This document shows, piece after piece, positions 38,283 through 47,525 of a DNA stretch of 64,000 nucleotides (position 1 is the stretch's first letter; each line of letters begins with the position of its first letter). The translations under genes and the position numbers were made by a program. The stretch lies in the IMG/VR virus record IMGVR_UViG_3300008120_000147, positions 1 through 64,000 of that record. One strand, 5' to 3'. Source of the DNA: an uncultured virus (IMG/VR IMGVR_UViG_3300008120_000147). Lineage: Duplodnaviria > Heunggongvirae > Uroviricota > Caudoviricetes. Under the pieces are notes generated by a model. It did not search any database and had not been told where the DNA came from. It saw only the letters and a program-made list of their open reading frames with translations.

Positions 38283-39818
38283 TTATTTCAATTCTATTTT
38301 AAAATATGTCTCATCAAAGAATCCTAAATCCTCTATTTTATATTTGTTTAATATTGTTTGTACTCTAATTAGAGCATCATAAATTTCACCCATATCGGTT
38401 TCTTCTAAGTCTAAACTAACAAAGATTCTATCATCTTTACCAACAACTTTAACATCAATTCCAAAGACATTCTTTTTTATCTCATTAATCATGCTTTTAT
38501 GCTTAGCAAATAACTCTTCATTATAACCAACTTTTCTTTTAATTGGAAGTTTATTCCAATCAACTTTTACCGAAGCTTCAGCTAATCTTTTAAGGTAAGA
38601 AATATTTTGCATTTCTGTTCCTCTATGTTCATTATAATAACCAACTGATATATTTGTACATTCTGGTATGTCCTCCATTAATGACGCGGAATCTGTATAA
38701 ACACCAGTTGGATCTAATGATAAATTTAATCCATTTTTATTATATTCATCACACAAAGCCTGACCAAATTCGTTAGAACAACATTGTCTACCTAATTGAT
38801 GTGTTATAACAGATGTTGTCCTTCTTCTATCAAAAGAAACACAAGCTTTTACATCAGTTAGATAATCACATCTATCATAAATAGATGAAAGAGCATTAGA
38901 ACCAATACCACCTCTCTCTTCACCAATAAAGAAGTAATAAATACCTGGAACATTATTAGCCATCATATATAACATAACAGCAGTACCAGCTTTATCATCA
39001 GCGCCTAATATTGAAGAGCCGTCGGTATAGATATGTTCATCACCAGTTCCACTTTTTATCAATCTAAATGAATAACCTTCTTCAACTACTCGACCATTGA
39101 CTTGAAATAATTTTGTCGTTTTTTGTTCTCTATCAGCCGTATCTAAATGACAAGTAAACATTATTGTTGGTTTTTCAGAACCAATTATTTTATAATAATT
39201 TCCAACTTGGTCTCTCTCAAGAGATGGTAAAAATTTTAAAACTTCCTTTTCATGTCTACAATCATCAAAATGTGGATATGTTTTTGTAGTTAATGAAAGA
39301 AAAGTTGCTTTAACATCTTTAGGATTATACGAAAACTCAGGAACCTTTATTCTTTGAGCTGAGGTAATTGATTCATCGCCAATATTATCAGATGTCATAT
39401 CATTATATTGATATATGAATGACTTAATTTCATCTTCTGTTAATAATCCTGGCCAATAATATCTGAAAAATTTACCAATCTTCATATCAAATTTTTTACC
39501 ACCAATAGTTACTTCAAAACAATAAGGTTTATTAGAAATAGTCACATCAGTTATACCTAAACCATTCTGGTACTTAGAATCAGACTCACCTAACCAAAGC
39601 ATCTCAAAAGCAAGATAACTATCATTGTCTTCCATTTTTTTAAGAACTTTCTCTAATTCAGAAGATATTTTTATTCTAGCAGATCTATCAACATTTTTTG
39701 ATTCATCAAAGACATCTTCTTTGCTTTTGTAACCACCACTTGGTTTGTAATCTTTAGCCTGGTCAACTACACTTTGTGTACCAGCTTCAAATATTTGACT
39801 ATATTTTAATAAATTCAT
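38283..39818 (-). CDS. M28/M20-clan zinc peptidase (paralog 2) with N-terminal extension
   Basis: CHLDT, GADDKAG, GEERG, FDRR, TDSA, NISVGYYNEH; MNLLKYSQIFE; TAATATATA at 39823-39831. Confidence 0.85.
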   Translation of the reverse strand: MNLLKYSQIFEAGTQSVVDQAKDYKPSGGYKSKEDVFDESKNVDRSARIKISSELEKVLKKMEDNDSYLAFEMLWLGESDSKYQNGLGITDVTISNKPYCFEVTIGGKKFDMKIGKFFRYYWPGLLTEDEIKSFIYQYNDMTSDNIGDESITSAQRIKVPEFSYNPKDVKATFLSLTTKTYPHFDDCRHEKEVLKFLPSLERDQVGNYYKIIGSEKPTIMFTCHLDTADREQKTTKLFQVNGRVVEEGYSFRLIKSGTGDEHIYTDGSSILGADDKAGTAVMLYMMANNVPGIYYFFIGEERGGIGSNALSSIYDRCDYLTDVKACVSFDRRRTTSVITHQLGRQCCSNEFGQALCDEYNKNGLNLSLDPTGVYTDSASLMEDIPECTNISVGYYNEHRGTEMQNISYLKRLAEASVKVDWNKLPIKRKVGYNEELFAKHKSMINEIKKNVFGIDVKVVGKDDRIFVSLDLEETDMGEIYDALIRVQTILNKYKIEDLGFFDETYFKIELK

Positions 39819-39834
39819 AATGTATATATTAAAT

Positions 39835-40218
39835 TCAAATTGTTATTTCTTCTGAATTTAGATAATCAACTTTTACTTGACCATCATTCATATTTGGCTC
39901 CTTCTTAACAAACTTTCTTTGACAATATACAACTTTTACAGATGGCTCTTTAGCAGCTTTGCTATTTTTTTTAGCTAATTCCGCAGCATATTTCAATATC
40001 TCAGGTGTTGGTAAATTTTCTCTGACTCTAATTACAACATGGCTTCCAGGAACGCCTTTGACATGCATCCATATATCTTCATCTTCTGCTGTATTAAAGG
40101 TTAAAAAGTCATTAGATTTAGCGTCTCGACCAACCATTATTAAATAACCATCAACTTCTATTTTTTTGATGTCAGGAAATTTAACTTTTTTTGATTCAAA
40201 ATATTTTAAATATTTCAT
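39835..40218 (-). CDS. Stand-alone NFACT-R (DUF814) RNA-binding domain protein with CTS-like N-terminus
   Basis: VGRDAKSNDFLT, DIWMHVKGVPGSHVVI, AAELAKKNSKA, VKKE...GQV; MKYLKYFES. Confidence 0.9.
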   Translation of the reverse strand: MKYLKYFESKKVKFPDIKKIEVDGYLIMVGRDAKSNDFLTFNTAEDEDIWMHVKGVPGSHVVIRVRENLPTPEILKYAAELAKKNSKAAKEPSVKVVYCQRKFVKKEPNMNDGQVKVDYLNSEEITI

Positions 40219-40245
40219 ATACTTATATATTAATTTATATAAAAC

Positions 40246-40274
40246 AAAAAAAGACCCATTAAGGGTCTTTTTTT
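40246..40274 (-). terminator. Intrinsic terminator after MCP
   Basis: aaaaaaagaccc-atta-agggtctttttt. Confidence 0.8.
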
Positions 40275-40293
40275 GTTAATATTTAAACTATTT

Positions 40294-42018
40294 TTAGTTT
40301 AATAATCCATAAGAATCAGAAACTTTAATAGTCATAAACTGTTTTTGTGGGAACCAACCAACTTCAGCAACAGCATATCTAGATCTCAACAACATTCTTG
40401 GAGCAAAAGTAGCCTCAGAAATCAAAGAGATTGATTGTGCCATTAAATAAGGTACGAAAATGATACCTGGTTGATCAGGATTGTTCTTTCTACCAAGAAC
40501 GATTCTGTTATCATTATATCTCATATATGGATCAACGTAGATAGAAATATCACCGATTGAACCAACAGGATATAATTGACCTTGTCCGTTTAACTTAGAC
40601 TTAACTGGGTTAATAGTGTAACCAGAAATATCAGCTAAAGCAGCAGCAAGACCCCCGTTTGTGATAAGGTATTGAGCTGGACCTACACGACCTTCAGTTG
40701 CAATGTAGTTAGAAGCGTGAGCAATTTTAGTGATAAGTTTTCTTTGTACGGCGTGAGTAGTTTCACCACCAACTGTACTAGTTACATAAGTAGTATCTAA
40801 GTCAAAGATTGTTTGGCTAGCAATATTAGTTGAGAAAGTTAATCCAGCTAAAGGCGCGCTAGTTCTGTTAAGATCACCCATTTCAAAAATCTTAGCAACG
40901 ATTTGCTTAGAAATTGTTTGAGATAATTCATTAACAAGAATAGATTCCATTTTTTGAACGATATCCATACCTGTGTTAGCTTTGATATCTTCAATTTCAG
41001 TTCTTCTAAGAGCTGAAGATACTTCAATAGTACCAACTGCGATAGTTTTAGAAGAGATTTTTGGTCCGATAACTCCAGAATATCTTGAGTCATCTTGATC
41101 TCTATCCATTGGATATTGTCCAGAGAATTGAGAAGTTGAACCAGAGTTCCAGTTTGCAGAAAAACCAGGGATATGATCTTCTAACGCAGAAACCAATTCG
41201 ATTGCAGGCTCACCACCTAAAGCAGTACCACCTAAAGCAATGATTTGAGAAGCCATAGACGTTGTAGAATCAAATGTATTTCTTGTTGTATCAAAAGCCC
41301 AAGTTGTAGCTGCAGAACCAACCGCTGTATGAGACGTGTTGAATTGTCTGTAAGCTCTGAACATTGGATAACCATCAATTCTTGAGAATCCTAAAAATTC
41401 AACTTTATTTTCTTTATCAGATGGCTCTGAAGTAATTGCAGCACCTGTATCGATGTTATTCCAAATTCTACCATTTAAACCACCTGTAGTTTCGCTAATA
41501 ACTGGAGAAGAAGCTGCTAACTGAGCTCTAAGACCAGCGATAACTGCTGTTAATTTAGTAGAAGTCAATCCTGCTGTTTTAGGAGCAATTTTGAAAACTT
41601 GTGGTCTTTCATCTTCATTTCCTAAACGAGTATCATCGTATTGGAAGTCGATGTAAAGAAGGTCGATTTTCGGACCTGGAGATGGTTTAACAGCAACAAG
41701 GTCAAGACCGATTGTTTGAGCAGCAATTTTCATAGCTACAGGAAGTAAGTTTTGACCTACATCTCCTGAACCATTTGAACCACCAAAACCAGCCCAATTG
41801 TTACCAATTGTTGAACCAGCTAAAGTTGAAGGTTGTGGAGCAACAACACCACCCATACCAGCAACGTTAGAAGCATTCACATAAGCGTTCTCGTTGATTG
41901 AGTGGAACTCAGCATATTCTGACATCCAATCAATTCTCTCACCAGTAACACCCATGTTCTCAAGAACTGGAGACCATTTCTTGATAGCTTTAGATTTGTC
42001 TATTCTAATGTGTGACAT
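40294..42018 (-). CDS. Major capsid protein (T4 gp23-like)
   Basis: KKWSPVLE N-terminus, IYVDPY, FVPY, TFAPRMLLRSRYAV; directly downstream of the prohead protease. Confidence 0.9.
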   Translation of the reverse strand: MSHIRIDKSKAIKKWSPVLENMGVTGERIDWMSEYAEFHSINENAYVNASNVAGMGGVVAPQPSTLAGSTIGNNWAGFGGSNGSGDVGQNLLPVAMKIAAQTIGLDLVAVKPSPGPKIDLLYIDFQYDDTRLGNEDERPQVFKIAPKTAGLTSTKLTAVIAGLRAQLAASSPVISETTGGLNGRIWNNIDTGAAITSEPSDKENKVEFLGFSRIDGYPMFRAYRQFNTSHTAVGSAATTWAFDTTRNTFDSTTSMASQIIALGGTALGGEPAIELVSALEDHIPGFSANWNSGSTSQFSGQYPMDRDQDDSRYSGVIGPKISSKTIAVGTIEVSSALRRTEIEDIKANTGMDIVQKMESILVNELSQTISKQIVAKIFEMGDLNRTSAPLAGLTFSTNIASQTIFDLDTTYVTSTVGGETTHAVQRKLITKIAHASNYIATEGRVGPAQYLITNGGLAAALADISGYTINPVKSKLNGQGQLYPVGSIGDISIYVDPYMRYNDNRIVLGRKNNPDQPGIIFVPYLMAQSISLISEATFAPRMLLRSRYAVAEVGWFPQKQFMTIKVSDSYGLLN

Positions 42019-42102
42019 AATTTTATTTATTTTTTTTTGTTTTATAATCTATATATTTCCTTTATTTTTCGATTTTTTCGAAGGTGGATTTTTTATAGAT
42101 TA

Positions 42103-44193
42103 TTATAAATTTTTGAATCTTTCTAAGATTGCTTGAGCTTCATTGTCTGAGATTTTATCTTCTTGGATAAGTGCCTCATGTGAAACTAATTTCTTAGTAA
42201 CTGATTCATTCTTTTTGAGATTTCTAGTCAACCAGAAATGCTCAACTTGTGCTTCAGTTTTTAATACATCTTCTGGATAAAGTCTTGCTTGAGAAAGCAA
42301 TGATTTTTTAGAAGACTCATTTAACTGATTCCAGACTGGCTTAACGTTTTCAGGCATCAATCTGATAACTCTTTCTTCAAGAGTCTCGTTCTTAGTTGAT
42401 AATGCTTCTGCGATCAGACCTAACACATCTTTCTGTGTGAAATAACTTCTTTCGTTTATGTGAAGTTTTACAGTTTCCTGTTCTTCGTCTGATAATGCAT
42501 AAAAGCTATCTACTTGTGACTTGTTTAAGAACTTTAAGAAATTCAAGTCAGTAGTTTCAGAAACTTTACGTTTTTTAGCTTCTTCAATAAGTTTATTAAT
42601 AGATTCTGATAATTCAGTATCGTCTTTTCCTGTTACTTCGTAAGAAGATGGACCACATTCTTCCTCTTCTTCCTCTTTATTATGAACGTGAGTCGCTTCA
42701 GCAGCTGGAACACCATTCATGTTATATTCTGCTTCTTCATCATCTTCTTTATTCCAAGAATTTTCTTTTTCATCATCTTCAACCATTTCAAAACCAGCAG
42801 CGTTTAAAGAAGGAAATGCACCTTCTGATTCGAATAATTTACCACCATTTAATTTTTCAACGATTAATCCTTGATAAGAAATTGATTTATCTAAGCTTTC
42901 AGCGATGTATTCAGAGTAAGCAATATTATCATCTAAATGTTCAGCGATGTATTCAGAGTAAGCAATATTACCTTCAACATGCTCTGCTAAATACTCAGAA
43001 TAAGCAATAGAATTATCAACATGTTCAGCTATATACTCAGCATAAGCAATGTTTTTATCTAAGTTTTCAGCGATGTATTCAGAGTAAGCAATATTTTTGT
43101 CTAAGTTTTCAGCCAAATATTCAGAGTAAGCAATATTTTTGTCTAAGTTTTCAGCCAAATATTCAGAATAAGAAATGTTTTTGTCTAAGTTTTCAGCGAT
43201 ATATTCAGAATAAGAAATATTCTTATCAAGATTCTCAGCTAAATACTCTGAGTACTCAATATTTTTATCTAAATTTTCAGCAACATACTCTGTGTAATTA
43301 ATAGCCTTTTCTAAGTTTTCAGCTAAATAATCATTGTGTTTAACTAATTTTTCAGTCGTAGATTTAAGAGATTTGTTCTCATTTACAACAACTTGAATTT
43401 TCTCAGCTAAATAATCTAAGTATTTTACCACTTTAGAATTTGTCTCGTTTAACTCCTCATAATACTCAAGTAGTTGTTCTAATTTTTTAGGACTCATATT
43501 TCCTTTAGAAATTGCATTTTTGACTTCTTTCTTAGTAGAGGCAATCTCATTTACTAAGTATTGTGAATAATCAGTCAACTGTTTTTTTGTTACGAATTCG
43601 TTTTTGTTCATGTTGAATAATTCATTTATTTTAGACTCGTCGGACATTTCATATATCCTAAAGTTAGATTGTGGATTGTATCCTAAGGACTCATTCAAAA
43701 CTTTAACACTCATTTTTGCAGAAGCAAAACCTGGGTCAGCTACTATATCATATGTGAAAAGTTTTTTCAAAGAAACAGAACCATCAGATTCAGTGATACC
43801 AGCTGCTCTTGATGATACAAATACTGGACAACCATCATCAACCAAAGCCTTTGCCTCTTTACCCCAATAAGTTGATAAAAGTTTAATTTCACCAGATACT
43901 AAGTTTTGTTCTTTAATGTATTGCGCTTTAGTGATTGTGTGAGATGCTCTTGCCAAAGATGTATCAAAAACATCTGGGTGGTCAAATTCACCATAAACAG
44001 CACCTAAACTATTCATTCTTTCGTTTAATTCATCTAAGGCAGGAAGGAATTTATCTGCAGTATAGATTCTTTCGTTTCTATTCTTAACACCAAATTCCGT
44101 GAATGTACCTCCTAAGATATAATCCTTCTTACTAGAAGAATTTTCTCTAATAAGAGAATTAGTTGAGTTTTCTACTATTAAAACTGGTTTCAT
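42103..44193 (-). CDS. Prohead protease (gp21-like) fused to scaffold/core (gp22-like)
   Basis: KNRNERIY, GEFDHP, SH, VSSRAAG, TYDIVADPG; then coiled coil with YLDYLAE and 14-aa repeats. Confidence 0.9.
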   Translation of the reverse strand: MKPVLIVENSTNSLIRENSSSKKDYILGGTFTEFGVKNRNERIYTADKFLPALDELNERMNSLGAVYGEFDHPDVFDTSLARASHTITKAQYIKEQNLVSGEIKLLSTYWGKEAKALVDDGCPVFVSSRAAGITESDGSVSLKKLFTYDIVADPGFASAKMSVKVLNESLGYNPQSNFRIYEMSDESKINELFNMNKNEFVTKKQLTDYSQYLVNEIASTKKEVKNAISKGNMSPKKLEQLLEYYEELNETNSKVVKYLDYLAEKIQVVVNENKSLKSTTEKLVKHNDYLAENLEKAINYTEYVAENLDKNIEYSEYLAENLDKNISYSEYIAENLDKNISYSEYLAENLDKNIAYSEYLAENLDKNIAYSEYIAENLDKNIAYAEYIAEHVDNSIAYSEYLAEHVEGNIAYSEYIAEHLDDNIAYSEYIAESLDKSISYQGLIVEKLNGGKLFESEGAFPSLNAAGFEMVEDDEKENSWNKEDDEEAEYNMNGVPAAEATHVHNKEEEEEECGPSSYEVTGKDDTELSESINKLIEEAKKRKVSETTDLNFLKFLNKSQVDSFYALSDEEQETVKLHINERSYFTQKDVLGLIAEALSTKNETLEERVIRLMPENVKPVWNQLNESSKKSLLSQARLYPEDVLKTEAQVEHFWLTRNLKKNESVTKKLVSHEALIQEDKISDNEAQAILERFKNL
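42875..43336 (-). repeat. About 11 tandem 42-bp (14-aa) repeats, consensus YSEY(L/I)AENLDKNIA
   Basis: Visible in both DNA and protein. Confidence 0.9.
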
Positions 44194-44256
44194 TCGCGAA
44201 TAATTATTTTTTTCAGTTCAAAGTATATATATGCTTTATAAAACCATACTTTTTAA

Positions 44257-44270
44257 AAGGTGGATTTTTT
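44257..44270 (-). promoter_or_regulatory. 14-bp element AAAAAATCCACCTT shared by the protease and MCP upstream regions
   Basis: Identical copy at 42081-42094; both lie about 23-25 bp upstream of an ATATATA box. Confidence 0.5.
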
Positions 44271-44367
44271 ACAGAACTTCTAATTCTTTTGACAAACACT
44301 ACGTTTCAAAGGACTAAAAAGGAAGAATTAACTTTTTAATAAATAATTAAATTTTTTGCGGTTTTTT

Positions 44368-44769
44368 ATGATTTTGACCAGAGAGATAGTAGTAAAAATA
44401 AATGAGGCCAATTTCTCATACTATGAGAATTTAGGCTATGAGGATATAATAATAGGCGAAGAACTCATGATACCCGTAGAATTATTATCAAAAGGTTCTC
44501 ATCACAAAATAAAGTGCAAATGTGATTCATGTGGTATTGAAAAAGATGTGATATTTAAAAATTATGTAAAGTACGATAATAAATTTGGAGAATATAGTTG
44601 TAGAAAATGCTCCGAAAAGAAAAGAAAAGAAACATTACAAAAAAACTACGGTGTGGATTATCCTATTCAAAATAAAAAAGTTATGAGTAAAATGAAGAAA
44701 ACACTTGTAAAAAAATATGGTGTAGACAATATTTCGAAAAGAGAAACTAAACAAAAGAGTTCTAAATAA
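44368..44769 (+). CDS. Zn-ribbon protein with KYGV-type repeats (homing-endonuclease-associated type, no nuclease domain)
   Basis: CDSCG...CRKC; KETLQKNYGVD, KKTLVKKYGVD. Confidence 0.65.
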   Translation: MILTREIVVKINEANFSYYENLGYEDIIIGEELMIPVELLSKGSHHKIKCKCDSCGIEKDVIFKNYVKYDNKFGEYSCRKCSEKKRKETLQKNYGVDYPIQNKKVMSKMKKTLVKKYGVDNISKRETKQKSSK

Positions 44770-44779
44770 TAAAACTTCT

Positions 44780-46657
44780 ATGATAAATATAATAGAAGGT
44801 GACCGATATGAAGGTCAAATAGAGTTTTCGAATAACGGAAATGCAACAACAACAATAGGTGAAAAATTAATATTCATACATAGAAAAAACACAAAAAATT
44901 CTTTACACTTAGATAATGTACGAATAGAAATATTCAAAGGTGAAAAAAAACTTGAAGGAAAAGTTATAGAAGTTATTTCAAGATTCAGAACAGAATTTGT
45001 AGGCAGAGTTCAAATAGGAAAAAAATCAACATTTGTAATTCCAGATAGTGATAAATTATCAGTCGATTTTTATATAAAAGGAGGTTTAGTAGCAAAGGAT
45101 GGTCAAAAAGTAATTGTAGAACTTACAAAATGGGAAGATAGCAAATCACCACAGGGAAAAATAACAAAAATATTAGGAGATGCTGGTGATAACAACGCAG
45201 AGATGAATTCAATAATGTATGAATATAATCTACCAGTAGATTTTCCACAAGAAGTACTTAACGAGTCGGAATTAGTTCCAGAAGTTATATTTGATAAAGA
45301 AATATCTCTAAGAAGAGATATGAGAAACATAACTACATTAACAATTGATCCAGTAGATGCTAGAGACTTTGATGACGCTCTTTCAATTAATATAATAAAT
45401 GAAAATAATATTGAAGTTGGGGTTCATATTGCAGATGTAGGTCATTATGTAAAACCAGGAACTAAATTAGACGATGAGGCATTTAAGAGAGCAACTTCTG
45501 TCTATCTTGTAGATAGATGTGTACCAATGATTCCCGAAAGACTAAGTAATGGAATATGCTCATTAAAACCAAATGAGGACAGATTAGCATTTTCAGTTGT
45601 TTTTAATATTGACAAAGATGGAAAGATTATCAATGAGTGGCATGGAAAAACTGTCATTCACTCCGATAGAAGATTTACTTATGAAGAAGCTCAAGAAATA
45701 ATTGAAGGACAAGAAGGTGATTTCCAAAATGAAATAAGAGTTCTTAACGGACTAGCTCAAAAAATTAGAAAGAAAAGAATAAGTGATGGCTCCATTGAAA
45801 TGGGTGGAATTGAAGTCAGGTTTAAGTTAGCAGATGATAATAAAAAACCGATTGGTGTCTATTTCAAAGAACAAAAAGAAGCTAACAAACTTATTGAAGA
45901 ATTTATGCTACTTGCAAACAAGTCAGTAGCTAAGATACTTTCTAATAATCAATGGTTTAATGTCTATAGAATACACGATACACCAAATATGGAAAAACTT
46001 CAACAACTTGTAGGAGTTTGTCAAAATTTTGGACACGATGTTGCAATAGAAGGCGAGGGTGATGAGTTAAAAAAATCCATAAACAAATTACTAAAAGAAA
46101 TAAAAGGAACTCCTGAAGAAAACATGATTGAAACTTTAGTAACAAGATGTATGTCTAAAGCAAAATACACAATAAAAAACATTGGACACTACGGATTAGG
46201 TTTCACACATTACTCACACTTTACCTCACCAATTAGGAGATATCCAGACTTAATAACACATAGAATTCTTTTTGATTTTTTAAATAAAGGAAAACAAGGA
46301 AATCCTAATAAAATTGAAGAACAAGCCAGTTGGTGTTCAAGTAGAGAGCTAATTGCGGCAAAAGCTCAACGAGATTCAATTAAGTATAAACAAGCAGAAT
46401 TCTTACAAGATAAAATTGGTCAAGTTTTTGATGGAATAGTATCAGGAGTCACTGATTGGGGTATCTATGTAGAGCTTATAGATTCTAAATGCGAAGGAAT
46501 GATTCGATATAATAGTATTGGTAAAGTAAAAGTAGATTTAGACCACTATACCATCACTGATGAAATGGGAAATAAAATCAGACTAGGAGATCCTTTAAAA
46601 GTTATTGTTTCATCAGTTGATTTAGAAAAGAAACAAATTGATTTTAAATTATTCTGA
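44780..46657 (+). CDS. rnr: Ribonuclease R
   Basis: TIDPVDARDFDDALS, HIADV, RATSVY, IEEFMLLAN, HFTSPIRRYPDL, C-terminal S1. Confidence 0.95.
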   Translation: MINIIEGDRYEGQIEFSNNGNATTTIGEKLIFIHRKNTKNSLHLDNVRIEIFKGEKKLEGKVIEVISRFRTEFVGRVQIGKKSTFVIPDSDKLSVDFYIKGGLVAKDGQKVIVELTKWEDSKSPQGKITKILGDAGDNNAEMNSIMYEYNLPVDFPQEVLNESELVPEVIFDKEISLRRDMRNITTLTIDPVDARDFDDALSINIINENNIEVGVHIADVGHYVKPGTKLDDEAFKRATSVYLVDRCVPMIPERLSNGICSLKPNEDRLAFSVVFNIDKDGKIINEWHGKTVIHSDRRFTYEEAQEIIEGQEGDFQNEIRVLNGLAQKIRKKRISDGSIEMGGIEVRFKLADDNKKPIGVYFKEQKEANKLIEEFMLLANKSVAKILSNNQWFNVYRIHDTPNMEKLQQLVGVCQNFGHDVAIEGEGDELKKSINKLLKEIKGTPEENMIETLVTRCMSKAKYTIKNIGHYGLGFTHYSHFTSPIRRYPDLITHRILFDFLNKGKQGNPNKIEEQASWCSSRELIAAKAQRDSIKYKQAEFLQDKIGQVFDGIVSGVTDWGIYVELIDSKCEGMIRYNSIGKVKVDLDHYTITDEMGNKIRLGDPLKVIVSSVDLEKKQIDFKLF

Positions 46658-47094
46658 TGACAAAAGAGTTTAGTGTTGAGTTAGATAATAATAAAATAAC
46701 TGATTATGAACATTTATTATCGAGATTTTCAAATTGGAAAAAATACAAAAGAGAAATAAATCTCAACCAATTATTAGAGAAAGGAAAAAAAATTCAATTT
46801 GATATAGAAATCAAAAATAATCCAATGGTCTTTTATATCTCAGTAAGTGACCAAGAATATACATACACAACATCACTAACAAATGCATGTTCATCTTTGA
46901 AAAAATTAACTTTTATAATTTTAGAAAATGAAATTTTGAAACTAGAAGCTGAATTAATTTTATTAAACACACGATGGGGTAAAGTAATTAAAAACTTAGT
47001 AGAGTCCGGCTTAGAATTAAAACTTAATCAACATATAAATATAGAAGGACAAATAGATAACTTTTATTTTGAATTACCAAAACAAGCAGCATGA
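46657..47094 (+). CDS. Hypothetical protein with REINLNQLL motif
   Basis: 145-aa ORF coupled to rnr. Confidence 0.65.
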   Translation: MTKEFSVELDNNKITDYEHLLSRFSNWKKYKREINLNQLLEKGKKIQFDIEIKNNPMVFYISVSDQEYTYTTSLTNACSSLKKLTFIILENEILKLEAELILLNTRWGKVIKNLVESGLELKLNQHINIEGQIDNFYFELPKQAA

Positions 47095-47525
47095 GGTTTT
47101 ATAAGATAACAACCACTAAACACCAAAGAGAGATTGATGAAATAATTATGTCTATGTCATCAACAGAGGTAGATTATGTATCAACATTATACAACAAGAT
47201 ATCAATGGTTGAGTTTACCGATGAAAAAGAATACGAATGTATGTTTGCCATTCTAGACAAATATCTATTAAATAAGATATCTGAACTATATCTAAAATAC
47301 TCTATCGATCATAAAATATTTGATTTGACAAAGGATATTATTTTTGATAATAATTTAAAATTATCATATAAAAACTATAGAAATCAACCAGTTAAGAATG
47401 AAGTTCTAAAACTTATTAAATTGTTCAAAAAAGACTGGACTACAAAAGATGATGTTTTGGATAAAATACTAGAAAAAGGAATCAATTCATTATCAGATTT
47501 TGATTTAGAAATTCTGAACTCTTAG
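47091..47525 (+). CDS. Hypothetical protein with C-terminal DUF6576-like motif
   Basis: DDVLDKILEKGINSLSDFDLEIL. Confidence 0.65.
   Translation: MRFYKITTTKHQREIDEIIMSMSSTEVDYVSTLYNKISMVEFTDEKEYECMFAILDKYLLNKISELYLKYSIDHKIFDLTKDIIFDNNLKLSYKNYRNQPVKNEVLKLIKLFKKDWTTKDDVLDKILEKGINSLSDFDLEILNS

Noticed and set aside
42875..43336. 42-bp repeats as a CRISPR array
   Set aside because: No unique spacers; repeats are in frame within a CDS and vary mainly at synonymous positions
44368..44769. Active homing endonuclease or mobile element
   Set aside because: Only a Zn-ribbon and KYGV-type repeats; no HNH, GIY-YIG or PD-(D/E)xK domain, and no intron context seen
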